Shown here in pieces: positions 31,057-41,049 of a DNA stretch of 43,064 nt. Under the pieces are notes generated by a model, which was given only the letters and a program-made list of their open reading frames with translations, ran no database searches and was not told where the DNA came from. Source of the DNA: Campylobacterales bacterium (GTDB lineage Bacteria > Campylobacterota > Campylobacteria > Campylobacterales > Sulfurimonadaceae); assembly GCA_038205935.1 (NCBI GenBank), contig JBBRBK010000011.1:1-43064 (forward strand), in the 5' to 3' direction. The position numbers and the translations under genes are program-made. The number at the start of each line of letters is the position of its first letter. Position 1 is the first letter of the stretch.

Positions 31057-31117
31057 TCAAAGCGACCTTTTAGACAATTATCGCTATATTATCAAAAAAA
31101 TAATTTATGGTGATTAA

Positions 31118-31972
31118 ATGAAGATTCTAGATGGTAAAACTTTAGCAAAAAAGATAGAAGATAGCGTATTGAGTCAAACTGAGCTACTAAAAGAGGAAAC
31201 AGGACGCGTTCCTGGACTTGCTGTTATTTTAGTTGGAAATGATCCTGCTAGTCAAGCGTACGTGAGTATGAAGAAAAAGGCTTGTGATAGAGTAGGATTT
31301 TACTCAGTTACACATGAAATGCCTAAAAATATCTCTCAAGACGCGATAGAAAATACTATTACGATGATGAATAACAACCCAAATATTGATGGTATTTTGA
31401 TTCAGCTTCCACTTCCTTCGCAAATTGATACGACAAAACTTTTAGAACTTGTGTCTCCTAACAAAGATGTCGATGGTTTTCATCCATACAACGTGGGACG
31501 CTTAACAACTGGACTTGATGGTTTTGTTCCATGTACTCCACTTGGTGTTATGGAAATCTTTAAAGAGTATGATATCGATCTTAAAGGTAAAAACTGTGTG
31601 GTCGTAGGTGCATCAAATATCGTCGGAAAGCCAATGGCTGCCCTGCTTTTAAATGCAAATGCAACCGTTGAGATCTGCCATATCTTTACAGATGATTTGA
31701 AAAAACATACACTGAATGCTGATATCATTCTTGTGGGCGTCGGTGTTATCAATCTTATCAAAGAAGATATGGTTAAAGATGGCGCTATCATCATTGATAT
31801 CGGTATTAACAGAGCTGATAATGGTAAACTTGTCGGCGATGTCGATTTTGAAAATGTAGCTAAAAAATGCTCTTACATAACGCCAGTTCCCGGTGGCGTA
31901 GGTCCTATGACAATCTCAATGCTCCTTAGTAACACACTCAAAGCAGCACAATTTCACTCGAAAGCGAACTAA
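31118..31972 (+). CDS. folD: Methylenetetrahydrofolate dehydrogenase/cyclohydrolase
   Basis: GILIQLPLP, KDVDGFHP, PCTPLG, IVGKP, TPVPGGVGPMT. Confidence 0.97.
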   Translation: MKILDGKTLAKKIEDSVLSQTELLKEETGRVPGLAVILVGNDPASQAYVSMKKKACDRVGFYSVTHEMPKNISQDAIENTITMMNNNPNIDGILIQLPLPSQIDTTKLLELVSPNKDVDGFHPYNVGRLTTGLDGFVPCTPLGVMEIFKEYDIDLKGKNCVVVGASNIVGKPMAALLLNANATVEICHIFTDDLKKHTLNADIILVGVGVINLIKEDMVKDGAIIIDIGINRADNGKLVGDVDFENVAKKCSYITPVPGGVGPMTISMLLSNTLKAAQFHSKAN

Positions 31973-32886
31973 TGAAAAATTTTCTTTATAAAGCGTACAA
32001 ATTTTCAAACTCATGGACGGGAACGGTTATCATCGTTTTATTTGTGATCTTTTTTGTCGCACAGGCATTTAGAATCCCAAGCGGATCTATGAAAGATTCT
32101 CTTCTTATAGGCGATCATCTTTTTGCCAAAAAATTTGTTTATGGTATTCCAACGCCGCACCTTCCATTTTTAGAAGTTTCTTTGACTCCATGGACGAGTG
32201 ATCTGCATCTTGTAAACGGTGGTGAACCAAAGCGCGGCGATATCGTCATTTTTAGATATCCACATAATGTAAAAATGCATTATGTAAAACGCTGTGTCGG
32301 ACTTCCTGGAGATCAACTTTTTGTAAAAGATAAAGAACTCTATCTTCGTCCAGTTGAGGGAGATGATTTTATCAATAAAAATTATCCTAAAGAGAATATC
32401 GTAACAATAGATGGCAAAATTTGGGTAAAAAATCCTTATGTCAAAGAGCATCCTGGGATCCATCATGATGATGCGATTATGGGTGATTCACCTGTACTTC
32501 TTGCAAGTGATGGAAGAATGGAAAGAATCGATTCAGAAGAAAAAATGAGTATGCTTGGAGCAAATGTATATCAGCTTCCTACGGATGTCAAGATGTTCAA
32601 ACACAATCCTATTTTTGAAACTGAAGTCACAACGGTTCCAAAAGGAAACTACTTTATGATGGGTGATAACCGTGACCATAGCAACGATAGTCGCTTCTGG
32701 GGACCTGTACCTTATGCAAACTTAGAGGGAACTCCATGGTTTATCTATTTTAGTATGGATGAACATTTTGAGATTCGTTGGGATAGAATGGGCAAAACTC
32801 CAACAGATTTGGAACAACCAGAACATCTTAAACGCGCCGTAGCTGAAAGAGTAAAAGAGGATAAAAAAGATAATGGACTCGATTGA
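31972..32886 (+). CDS. lepB: Signal peptidase I
   Basis: IPSGSM (Ser), YVKRCVGLPGD (Lys), MMGDNRDHSNDSRFWG. Confidence 0.95.
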   Translation: MKNFLYKAYKFSNSWTGTVIIVLFVIFFVAQAFRIPSGSMKDSLLIGDHLFAKKFVYGIPTPHLPFLEVSLTPWTSDLHLVNGGEPKRGDIVIFRYPHNVKMHYVKRCVGLPGDQLFVKDKELYLRPVEGDDFINKNYPKENIVTIDGKIWVKNPYVKEHPGIHHDDAIMGDSPVLLASDGRMERIDSEEKMSMLGANVYQLPTDVKMFKHNPIFETEVTTVPKGNYFMMGDNRDHSNDSRFWGPVPYANLEGTPWFIYFSMDEHFEIRWDRMGKTPTDLEQPEHLKRAVAERVKEDKKDNGLD

Positions 32887-33550
32887 TATATTTAAAATCA
32901 TAACAGCCGTTTTGGCTCTTATGGTTGCTATTATCGGCCATGAGATTATGCATGGCTATATAGCATACAAGTACGGAGATATGACGGCAAAAAATGCTGG
33001 TCGTTTATCGATTAATCCTCTCTTGCATATAGACTTAGTCGGGACTATTATCGTGCCTTTTACTATGTATTTTTTGCCTTTACTGCTAGGAATGGGCGGC
33101 GGTTTGATTTTTGGATGGGCAAAACCTGTCCCTGTTGACATGAGCACTGTGATAAACAAAGGCGGCTATAACGCAGCTATGCAGGTAAGTTTAGCTGGAA
33201 TCGTATATAACTTTACACTTGCCGCATTTGCATCGATGGCACTTCTTGCTATGAGCGCGCCGGTAGAAAGTGACTCTTTAGTTTACATCTTTTCATATAT
33301 GCTTGTTATGCAACTTGTTATGATCAATGTTATCCTTGGTGTGTTTAACCTTCTGCCTATTCCGCAGTTTGATGGAGCACATTTTTTGATGTATCTTGCT
33401 TTGAAATTTAACCAAAGAGAGATTGCAGAGACATTTTACAAATTAGAACGCTATGGTATGATTATCGTACTTGTCGTTATTATGACGCCGCTCAAAGATT
33501 ATTTACTCATAATGCCAGTTCAAATGGTATTACATCTATTATTATCATAA
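32873..33550 (+). CDS. Site-2 protease (M50) family membrane metalloprotease
   Basis: HEIMH zinc motif, FGWAKPVP, FNLLPIPQFDG. Confidence 0.92.
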   Translation: MDSIDIFKIITAVLALMVAIIGHEIMHGYIAYKYGDMTAKNAGRLSINPLLHIDLVGTIIVPFTMYFLPLLLGMGGGLIFGWAKPVPVDMSTVINKGGYNAAMQVSLAGIVYNFTLAAFASMALLAMSAPVESDSLVYIFSYMLVMQLVMINVILGVFNLLPIPQFDGAHFLMYLALKFNQREIAETFYKLERYGMIIVLVVIMTPLKDYLLIMPVQMVLHLLLS

Positions 33551-33559
33551 AGGAAAAAA

Positions 33560-33997
33560 ATGAAATTTTATATTGCAACAGATCATGCCGGAGTTGATTT
33601 AAAAGATTATACGGTTGAACTTTTAAAACAAAAAGGACACGAAGTCATAGACCTCGGACCATTTGATAAAGAAAGAGTTGATTATCCTGACTATGCTGTA
33701 AAAGTAGCGCAAAGTGTTTTGGCAGACAGCTCAAGTCAAGGCATACTTATCTGCGGTTCAGGTATTGGGATGAGTATGGCGGCAAATCGATTTCACGGTA
33801 TCCGCGCGGCTCTTTGTCATGATGCATACACAGCACAAGTAGCGCGCCAACACAACGATGCAAATATTCTTTGTTTTGGAGAGCGCATCGTCGGTCGCGG
33901 TGTTGCAGAATCGATCATCGACTCTTGGCTTGCTTCAAGTTTTGAAGGTGGACGTCACTGTGGGCGAGTTCTAAAGATAGAATCTATACAAGGATAA
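33560..33997 (+). CDS. rpiB: Ribose-5-phosphate isomerase B
   Basis: DHAG, VDYPD, ICGSGIGMSMAANR, HNDAN, FEGGRH. Confidence 0.96.
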   Translation: MKFYIATDHAGVDLKDYTVELLKQKGHEVIDLGPFDKERVDYPDYAVKVAQSVLADSSSQGILICGSGIGMSMAANRFHGIRAALCHDAYTAQVARQHNDANILCFGERIVGRGVAESIIDSWLASSFEGGRHCGRVLKIESIQG

Positions 33998-34000
33998 AAT

Positions 34001-34333
34001 ATGTTTGCTGAGTGGTCTCTTTTAACAACAATTACATTATTGGCTATATTTTTATTTGTAAAAATGTTTTACTTTAAGAGTATCACAGTCAAAGAACAAC
34101 GAAGTAATGAGATGATGAAACTCACCCTTAAAGAAGCTGAGATACTGATAAGAAAATATCAGATCCAGTTGCAACGCGCGCTTGGGAATGTAGATATTTT
34201 AAGCGATGAGCTCAATAAACTTAGAAATGAGCTCAAAACACTCAAGCAAAGAAACTCAAAACATAGACTTGAAACAGACAGACTTAATTCAAAAATAAAA
34301 GCGCTAGAGAGCAGAATAGACGCTTTACTCTAA
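34001..34333 (+). CDS. Membrane-anchored coiled-coil hypothetical protein
   Basis: N-terminal TM followed by a long heptad pattern; sits between rpiB and apt. Confidence 0.75.
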   Translation: MFAEWSLLTTITLLAIFLFVKMFYFKSITVKEQRSNEMMKLTLKEAEILIRKYQIQLQRALGNVDILSDELNKLRNELKTLKQRNSKHRLETDRLNSKIKALESRIDALL

Positions 34334-34341
34334 GGATTTTT

Positions 34342-34884
34342 ATGACACAAGAAGAAAAAAAGATTATCAATGATGCCATTCGTGATATCCCAGATTTTCC
34401 AAAACCGGGAATCATATTCAAAGATATTACAACACTTTTAAATGATAAAGAAGCGTATGGTGTTCTTATGAATCATCTAGCAAAGAGATATGAAAGTTAT
34501 AATTTGGATTTTGTTGCAGGGATCGATGCTCGCGGATTTATCTTCGGCGCGGCTTTAGCCCAGATGTTAGGATGTGGATTTGTGCCCATTCGTAAAAAAG
34601 GGAAACTTCCATATACGACTATCTCTGAGAAATACTCTTTAGAATATGGCTTTGATGAAGTAGAGATCCATATAGATGCCTTTCGTGATATCAAAAATGC
34701 AAAAGTTTTGCTTATAGATGATCTTATAGCAACGGGTGGAACTGCAAATGCAGCCGCTTCTCTTATCAACAAAACGGGCGCTATCTGCGAAGAAGCTTGT
34801 TTTATACTCGGTCTTAATTTTTTAGATGGACAAGAGAAACTCAAAAAACAAACAAAAGTTTATACCCTCATAGGAATTGATTAA
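34342..34884 (+). CDS. apt: Adenine phosphoribosyltransferase
   Basis: [40 protein letters not shown]. Confidence 0.97.
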   Translation: MTQEEKKIINDAIRDIPDFPKPGIIFKDITTLLNDKEAYGVLMNHLAKRYESYNLDFVAGIDARGFIFGAALAQMLGCGFVPIRKKGKLPYTTISEKYSLEYGFDEVEIHIDAFRDIKNAKVLLIDDLIATGGTANAAASLINKTGAICEEACFILGLNFLDGQEKLKKQTKVYTLIGID

Positions 34885-36086
34885 TGTACTATATCCCAAC
34901 ACCGCTCAAACATGATCCTGATGAAAATGGACATTTTGGTATCTTTGGAGGACGTTATGTTCCTGAGACACTGATGCCCGCACTTTTAGAACTTGATGAA
35001 GAGTATAAAAAAATAAGATTTGACAAAGATTTTTGGAAAGAAGTTGATTACTATCTTACAGATTACGTAGGTCGCCCTTCTCCGCTTTATTTTGCAGAAA
35101 ATATCTCAAAAGAACTTGATGCAAAGATCTATCTCAAGCGTGAAGACCTAAACCACACTGGAGCGCATAAAGTAAACAATGTTATCGCGCAAGGTTTAAT
35201 GGCAAAACGTTTAGGATATAAAAAAGTAATCGCTGAAACAGGTGCAGGTCAACACGGCGTTGCAACGGCTACGATAGCGGCACTTTTAGGTCTGGAATGT
35301 GAAGTATTTATGGGTGCAAAAGATGTTGCACGTCAAGAACTCAATGTCTTTCGTATGAAACTTCTTGGTGCAAAAGTAAATTCAGTAGAAAGCGGAAGCA
35401 AAACACTTAAAGACGCTATGAATGATGCAATCCGCCATTGGGTTACCAATGCTAGAGATACTTTTTACATCATCGGCACAGTTGCAGGACCGCATCCATA
35501 CCCAATGATGGTTCGTGATTTTCAAGCGATCATAGGCTGGGAAGCGCGCGCGCAGATTTTAGAAAAAGAGGGTCGCTTGCCTGATCACGTCATCGCATGT
35601 ATTGGCGGTGGAAGTAATGCTATCGGCGCTTTTTCACACTTTTTAGATGATAAAGAGGTTCGCTGCATCGGGATCGAAGCTGGAGGACATGGAGTTGGGA
35701 CAGATAAACATGGCTGTTCACTTTTGATGGGTCGTCCCGGCGTGCTTCATGGACAAATGAGTTACTTACTTCAAGACGCGGATGGTCAGATCCTCGAAGC
35801 GCATTCGATCTCCGCTGGACTTGATTATCCTGGAATCGGGCCTGAACACGCTTTTCATAAAGATAATGATACCGTTTCTTACTCTAACGTAACAGATCAA
35901 GAAGCGCTTGATGCTTTTGTCTGGCTCTCTCAAAAAGAGGGAATAATTCCGGCTTTTGAAAGTGCGCATGCAGTAGCGTATTTGAAAAAGATGGAAGATA
36001 TCAAAGGCAAACTTATCATCGTCAACCTCTCAGGCCGTGGCGATAAAGATATGATGCAAGCTAAAGAAATTTTGCATTTTGATTAA
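34884..36086 (+). CDS. trpB: Tryptophan synthase beta chain
   Basis: [54 protein letters not shown]. Confidence 0.97.
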   Translation: MYYIPTPLKHDPDENGHFGIFGGRYVPETLMPALLELDEEYKKIRFDKDFWKEVDYYLTDYVGRPSPLYFAENISKELDAKIYLKREDLNHTGAHKVNNVIAQGLMAKRLGYKKVIAETGAGQHGVATATIAALLGLECEVFMGAKDVARQELNVFRMKLLGAKVNSVESGSKTLKDAMNDAIRHWVTNARDTFYIIGTVAGPHPYPMMVRDFQAIIGWEARAQILEKEGRLPDHVIACIGGGSNAIGAFSHFLDDKEVRCIGIEAGGHGVGTDKHGCSLLMGRPGVLHGQMSYLLQDADGQILEAHSISAGLDYPGIGPEHAFHKDNDTVSYSNVTDQEALDAFVWLSQKEGIIPAFESAHAVAYLKKMEDIKGKLIIVNLSGRGDKDMMQAKEILHFD

Positions 36087-36119
36087 AATGCTTTACTAAA
36101 ACAATAAAATGGAGATAAG

Positions 36120-37538
36120 ATGCAAACAAAACTAGTAAATAAAAAACTTTCAGATATCAAAGCGGATGTCACAGTAGAATTTTTAACAGCTGATGAAGTG
36201 AGCTCTCATGAACTAGCAATTCTACTTTCACAAGCTGGTTTTCAGGGCAAAGAGGATCAAATCTGTTTTTTACATGAAAAAGCGATTCTTCTTTGTGGAC
36301 TTGAAGACAAAAGCGCTGATAACCTTCGCGCTGCAGCGACTCTTGCTGTGCGTACTCTCAAAAATGCAAACTATAAAAGTGCAAAAACAGAGATCAAAGT
36401 AAAAAAAACACTTGGCGCACTTGTAGAGGGATTTGTTTTAGGCGAATATGCATTTAATGATTACAAATCAGAAAAGGTGAAAACTGCTTTAACTACGATC
36501 TCTTTTTCAGTAGGAGAACTTAATCATAAAGAACTCAAAAATATCTTTGAAGAAACGCTTATCATTGCGAATGCTACTTGTTTTACAAGAGATCTCGTCA
36601 ATACTGCACCTCAAGAGCTCAATCCTAAAACTCTTTCAGAGATTGCAGAAAAGCTAGCAAAAGATAATGGTCTTACATGTAACGTTTTAGATGAAAAAGG
36701 TCTTAAAAAAGAGAAGATGAACGCGATGCTTGCAGTGGGACGCGCTTCAGTGCATGAAAGTCATCTCATTCACATCTCATATAAACCAAAAAATCCTAAA
36801 AAGATCATCTCTCTTGTAGGAAAAGGTTTGACGTATGACAGCGGCGGACTTAGTCTCAAACCTGCAACTTCAATGGTGAGCATGAAGATGGATAAAGCGG
36901 GAGCGTGCGCTGTTTTAGGAATGATGAAAGCGGCGAGTGAGTTGAAGCTTGATATCGAGATCCACGGATTTATTGGTGCGGTGGAAAATATGATTGGTGG
37001 TAATGCTTATAAACCTGATGATATTTTAGTCTCAAGAAACGGCACGACCATCGAAGTGAGAAACACAGATGCTGAGGGACGTTTGGTACTTGCTGATGTA
37101 CTTGACTATGCGCAAGATAAAGTAAAAGATGCTGATTACCTTTTTGATTTTGCGACACTTACAGGTGCTTGTATGGTGGCACTTGGGCCATATACAACAG
37201 GAATTATGGGACACTCGACTGCTCTTAAACATAAAATTTCCTCTGCGGCAAATAACTCTGGTGAACTTGTTGGTTCTCTGCCATTTAACAAACACCTTGT
37301 AAAACTGCTCAAAAGCGAGATAGCAGATATCTCAAATACATCTTCAAAACCTTACGGCGGAGCGATCACAGCTGGACTATTTTTAGATAAATTCATCAAA
37401 GATGAAAACAAAGAAAAATGGATGCACTTTGATATCGCAGGTTCTGCGTACAGTGAAAGCACTTGGGATTGTAACTCTTATGGTGCGACGGGTGCAGGTG
37501 TGAGACTTATGAGCAACTTTTTACAAAATATCAAATAA
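36120..37538 (+). CDS. pepA: Leucyl aminopeptidase (M17)
   Basis: VGKGLTYDSGG, MKMDKAG, NTDAEGRLVLAD, ATLTGA. Confidence 0.96.
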   Translation: MQTKLVNKKLSDIKADVTVEFLTADEVSSHELAILLSQAGFQGKEDQICFLHEKAILLCGLEDKSADNLRAAATLAVRTLKNANYKSAKTEIKVKKTLGALVEGFVLGEYAFNDYKSEKVKTALTTISFSVGELNHKELKNIFEETLIIANATCFTRDLVNTAPQELNPKTLSEIAEKLAKDNGLTCNVLDEKGLKKEKMNAMLAVGRASVHESHLIHISYKPKNPKKIISLVGKGLTYDSGGLSLKPATSMVSMKMDKAGACAVLGMMKAASELKLDIEIHGFIGAVENMIGGNAYKPDDILVSRNGTTIEVRNTDAEGRLVLADVLDYAQDKVKDADYLFDFATLTGACMVALGPYTTGIMGHSTALKHKISSAANNSGELVGSLPFNKHLVKLLKSEIADISNTSSKPYGGAITAGLFLDKFIKDENKEKWMHFDIAGSAYSESTWDCNSYGATGAGVRLMSNFLQNIK

Positions 37539-37550
37539 CTTTAATTATAA

Positions 37551-37599
37551 CCTTACATGTGCAAGTGCCCTCTGAGTATAAGCACTTCACAATGTAAGG
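37551..37599. other. Long imperfect hairpin closed by half-sites of the iterated palindrome; possible pepA terminator
   Basis: CCTTACAT/ATGTAAGG, GTG/CAC and AAGTGC/GCACTT nested inverted segments. Confidence 0.55.
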
Positions 37600-37662
37600 C
37601 TTACAAGAGCAAACTTGCGTTAAAATTGCAAAAATAATTTATAAGTCATATAAAGGGTAACA

Positions 37663-38763
37663 ATGGGATTAGCAATCGGTCTAGTAGGACTTCCAAACGT
37701 AGGTAAATCAACAACTTTCAATGCTTTAACAAAAGCTCAAAATGCAGAAGCAGCAAACTATCCATTTTGTACGATAGAACCAAATAAAGCAATCGTTCCA
37801 GTTCCAGATGTGCGTTTGGATGCACTCTCTAAAATCGTCAATCCAGAGCGTGTACAACACTCTACTTTAGACTTTGTAGATATTGCAGGTCTTGTAAAAG
37901 GTGCGAGTAAAGGGGAAGGTCTTGGAAATAAGTTTCTCTCAAATATTCGTGAAACCGAAGTTATCTTGCAAATTGTCAGATGTTTTGAAGATGATAATAT
38001 CGTGCATACTGAGGGAACTATCAACCCGATCCGCGATATCGACATTATCGAAAATGAGCTTATTTTAGCAGACATCGAAGTTTTATCAAACAGAATTATG
38101 CGTTTGCAAAAACAAGCGAAATCTGATAAAAATGGAAAAGCTTTAGCTGATTTTGCTGATGAATTGATGGAATTTTTGGCAGAGGGAAAACTCGCACGTA
38201 ACTTTCCTAAAACTGAGCATGAGATGTTTATAGAGCTTAACAAAGATCTTAGACTCCTTACTGCAAAAGAGATCATGTATGGCGCAAATGTGGATGAAGA
38301 TGGACTTTTAGAAGACAATGAATATGTCGTTGCAGTCAAAGAACATGCAGCTAGACATAATTGTGAAGTGATAAAACTTTGTGCAAAAATCGAAGAGGAA
38401 CTCATCGGTCTTAGTGATGAAGAAGCGCAAGAATTTTTGGATGATTTGGGTGTAAAAGAATCAGGTCTTGCACAGATCATTCAAAAAGGGTTCGATAAAC
38501 TAGGCCTCATGAGCTACTTTACAGCCGGCGTCAAAGAGGTTCGTGCTTGGACTATACGCAAAAATACCACTGCACCAAAAGCAGCAGCAGTTATCCACAA
38601 CGACTTTGAAAAAGGTTTTATCCGCGCGGAGGTTATTGCATATGATGACTACATCGCATGTGGTGGCGAAGCAAAAGCAAAAGAAGCTGGAAAAATGCGC
38701 CTTGAAGGAAAAGAGTATATCGTAGCCGATGGCGATGTTATGCACTTTCGTTTTAACTTATAA
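37663..38763 (+). CDS. ychF: Redox-regulated ATPase YchF
   Basis: GLPNVGKST, NYPFCTIEPN, DIAGLVKGAS.GEGLGNKFL, IHNDFEKGFIRAE, TGS domain end. Confidence 0.97.
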   Translation: MGLAIGLVGLPNVGKSTTFNALTKAQNAEAANYPFCTIEPNKAIVPVPDVRLDALSKIVNPERVQHSTLDFVDIAGLVKGASKGEGLGNKFLSNIRETEVILQIVRCFEDDNIVHTEGTINPIRDIDIIENELILADIEVLSNRIMRLQKQAKSDKNGKALADFADELMEFLAEGKLARNFPKTEHEMFIELNKDLRLLTAKEIMYGANVDEDGLLEDNEYVVAVKEHAARHNCEVIKLCAKIEEELIGLSDEEAQEFLDDLGVKESGLAQIIQKGFDKLGLMSYFTAGVKEVRAWTIRKNTTAPKAAAVIHNDFEKGFIRAEVIAYDDYIACGGEAKAKEAGKMRLEGKEYIVADGDVMHFRFNL

Positions 38764-38768
38764 CTTTT

Positions 38769-38800
38769 CTTTACATGTAAGTAAAAGCTTACATGTAAGC
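38769..38800. repeat. Tandem pair of the palindrome between convergent ychF and EAL genes
   Basis: CTTTACATGTAAGTAAAAGCTTACATGTAAGC; can fold as TTACATGTAAG/CTTACATGTAA. Confidence 0.85.
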
Positions 38801-38801
38801 C

Positions 38802-40982
38802 TTATATTTTTTGGCTTGGCTCACTAAAGAGATACCCTTGAGAATATTCTATCCCTAACTCTTCTACAATTTTTTGAACATTCTCATTATGTACAAATTC
38901 TGCAATACATGGAATTTCTGCGTTTTTCGCAAAGTAGACTATTGCTTTTGTAATCTCATAACTTTTATTGTTGATATCGATATCTTTGATGTATCTTGCA
39001 TCGATCTTTATAAAATCTATCTCAAGATCTAAAACTCTCTCAAAATTTGAATATTCAGCGCCAAAATCATCGATAGCAAGGAGATACCCTGCTCTTTTTA
39101 ATGCATTTAATTGTCTAATGTGATCACGTTTTCCAGTTGAACTCATCCCCTCAAGGATCTCTAAGCTAACTCTTTTTGGAGAGATAGTGTACTCTTTTGA
39201 TTTTTCTTGAAGATACTCGCTCAAATAATCAAGATCCAGATCATCTTCTGTAATATTGAGAGAAAATGAAAAATCATTTGATGCCATCACTGCAAAACTT
39301 TTATCGATCATAATTTTTGTGATATCAGGCAACATACCCGAAAGTTTTGCTGTTTGTAAAAATTGGTAAGGGGTTAGAACTTCATCATTTTTTATAATCC
39401 TCACAAGTGCTTCATATTTTTTGATTTTTCCGGTTTTATTATCTCTGATACCTTGAAAATAGGGAACGAAATATCCAAACTCTATAGCTTCATGTAAGAT
39501 ATTATTGTATTTAACAAAATTTTCTCTTTTTTGTATATCAGAAGCATTGTCTTCTTTATTGAAGATGTGATATCTATTTTTCCCGCTCTCTTTTGCATGT
39601 TTGAGTGCTAATGCAGAATTTTGTAAAGAACAGCTTTCATTAAAAGATGCTCCATAACTAAATGATACGTTGATATTAAGGTCATCAATATAAAATGAGA
39701 CCTTTGAAAAATGAGCTCTTATTTTTTCTAACTTCTTTTTTACATCAAAACCATTGAGGCTGAAAATTGCAAACTCATCAGAGTTGATTCGAAAGATATC
39801 TGATAGTTGGCATATTTGCTTGAGCTCATTTGAAATACCAACCAAAAGTTTATCGCCGATATCAAAACCATAAGAAAGATTGACATAACTGAAATTATCA
39901 ACATTTAAAAGTATAAGAGAAGATGCAGATTTGAGTTGCTTGTTTGAAAGTTGCTGCTCTAAATAAACTTTATTGTAAGTGGATGTTAAAAGATCGTGAT
40001 ATGCGAGATACTCAATTCTTTCCTCAGATTCTTTAAGTTTTGAGATATCAGTAAAAATTGCTACATAATTTTGAACTTTCTTATTCTTATCAAAAATAGG
40101 ATTGATACTGATCCATTGAGTGATAAATGTTCCATCTTTTCTTTTGTTGATGATCTCGCCTCTAAAATAATTCTCTTCCAAAATAGATTTCCACATCTCT
40201 TTATAAAATGCTTTATCATGTTTACCCGAAGAGAGCATATTGGGGTTTTTACCAAGGGCGTCCTCTTTTGTATATCCAAGCAATGTTGTAAATGCGTCGT
40301 TCATCTCTAAAATATTATTATCTTTATCTGTGATATAAAAGCCCTCTGAAGTGTTTTGAAGAGCCGTAGAAAAAAGTTCAATTCTTTTTTCGTTTTCAGA
40401 AATTTTCTCTTTTTGTTCCTCTTTTTTTAAAACGATATTTACGATCTCAGCGCTTACATGTAAGAGTTTTTTGTGAAAGAGAGATGGCATTCTGTGTTCA
40501 AAAGAAGATAATGCAAAGGTGCCAATTGGTTTTTTATTTTCATCACGAACCGGCATGGACCAGCAGGAACAAAGATTAAAATCATATGCAAGCTTTCTCA
40601 AATCTTGCCACTTTGGATCAGTAAAAGTATCACCTACAAAAGTAGGTTCATTTGAAAATACAGCATTACCACAAGAACCACCACCAAGTCCTGGTTTTAA
40701 TCCTGCAAGTGCTCGATGTCCAGCTTCTGGAACACTTGGAGCTGATAATACATTCATAAGTCCTGTTTGAGGGTCAACAAACATAATGGAAGCAACAGAG
40801 TTTAGAAGTAAAGCTTCAGCAAAAGTACAAAGCCTGTCTAAGATAATTTTTGAATCTTTATTGGAAGCGAGGAGTTCAAGAATAGAAAGTTGCATCTCTA
40901 AAATACTGTTATGTTCTGATTCTGTAATCTTCACCTCCTTGAGAGAAGTGTTTTCCAAATTTAGACAAGACTTATTTACCAT
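38802..40982 (-). CDS. GAF-PAS-GGDEF(degenerate)-EAL c-di-GMP signalling protein, likely phosphodiesterase
   Basis: GAF (GSCGNAV...SCWSMPV...IGTFA), PAS/PAC (ITD...NDAF..LLGY...NKRKDG), GGDEF-like domain with RINSDEF, EAL domain YEALVR and AIDDFG. Confidence 0.9.
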   Translation of the reverse strand: MVNKSCLNLENTSLKEVKITESEHNSILEMQLSILELLASNKDSKIILDRLCTFAEALLLNSVASIMFVDPQTGLMNVLSAPSVPEAGHRALAGLKPGLGGGSCGNAVFSNEPTFVGDTFTDPKWQDLRKLAYDFNLCSCWSMPVRDENKKPIGTFALSSFEHRMPSLFHKKLLHVSAEIVNIVLKKEEQKEKISENEKRIELFSTALQNTSEGFYITDKDNNILEMNDAFTTLLGYTKEDALGKNPNMLSSGKHDKAFYKEMWKSILEENYFRGEIINKRKDGTFITQWISINPIFDKNKKVQNYVAIFTDISKLKESEERIEYLAYHDLLTSTYNKVYLEQQLSNKQLKSASSLILLNVDNFSYVNLSYGFDIGDKLLVGISNELKQICQLSDIFRINSDEFAIFSLNGFDVKKKLEKIRAHFSKVSFYIDDLNINVSFSYGASFNESCSLQNSALALKHAKESGKNRYHIFNKEDNASDIQKRENFVKYNNILHEAIEFGYFVPYFQGIRDNKTGKIKKYEALVRIIKNDEVLTPYQFLQTAKLSGMLPDITKIMIDKSFAVMASNDFSFSLNITEDDLDLDYLSEYLQEKSKEYTISPKRVSLEILEGMSSTGKRDHIRQLNALKRAGYLLAIDDFGAEYSNFERVLDLEIDFIKIDARYIKDIDINNKSYEITKAIVYFAKNAEIPCIAEFVHNENVQKIVEELGIEYSQGYLFSEPSQKI

Positions 40983-41049
40983 TAAACGCCTTTATTAAAG
41001 TGTCTTAGTATATATGTTATTTGCTGTTTTTTTGTTTAAATATTACTTT

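Noticed and set aside
37758..38480. 240-aa antisense ORF within ychF
   Set aside because: Ser-rich shadow frame opposite a conserved gene; no RBS or recognisable motif.
38764..38801. CRISPR array or IS ends suggested by repeated palindromes
   Set aside because: Units are only 10-13 bp, with no regular spacers and no cas or transposase gene in the window.
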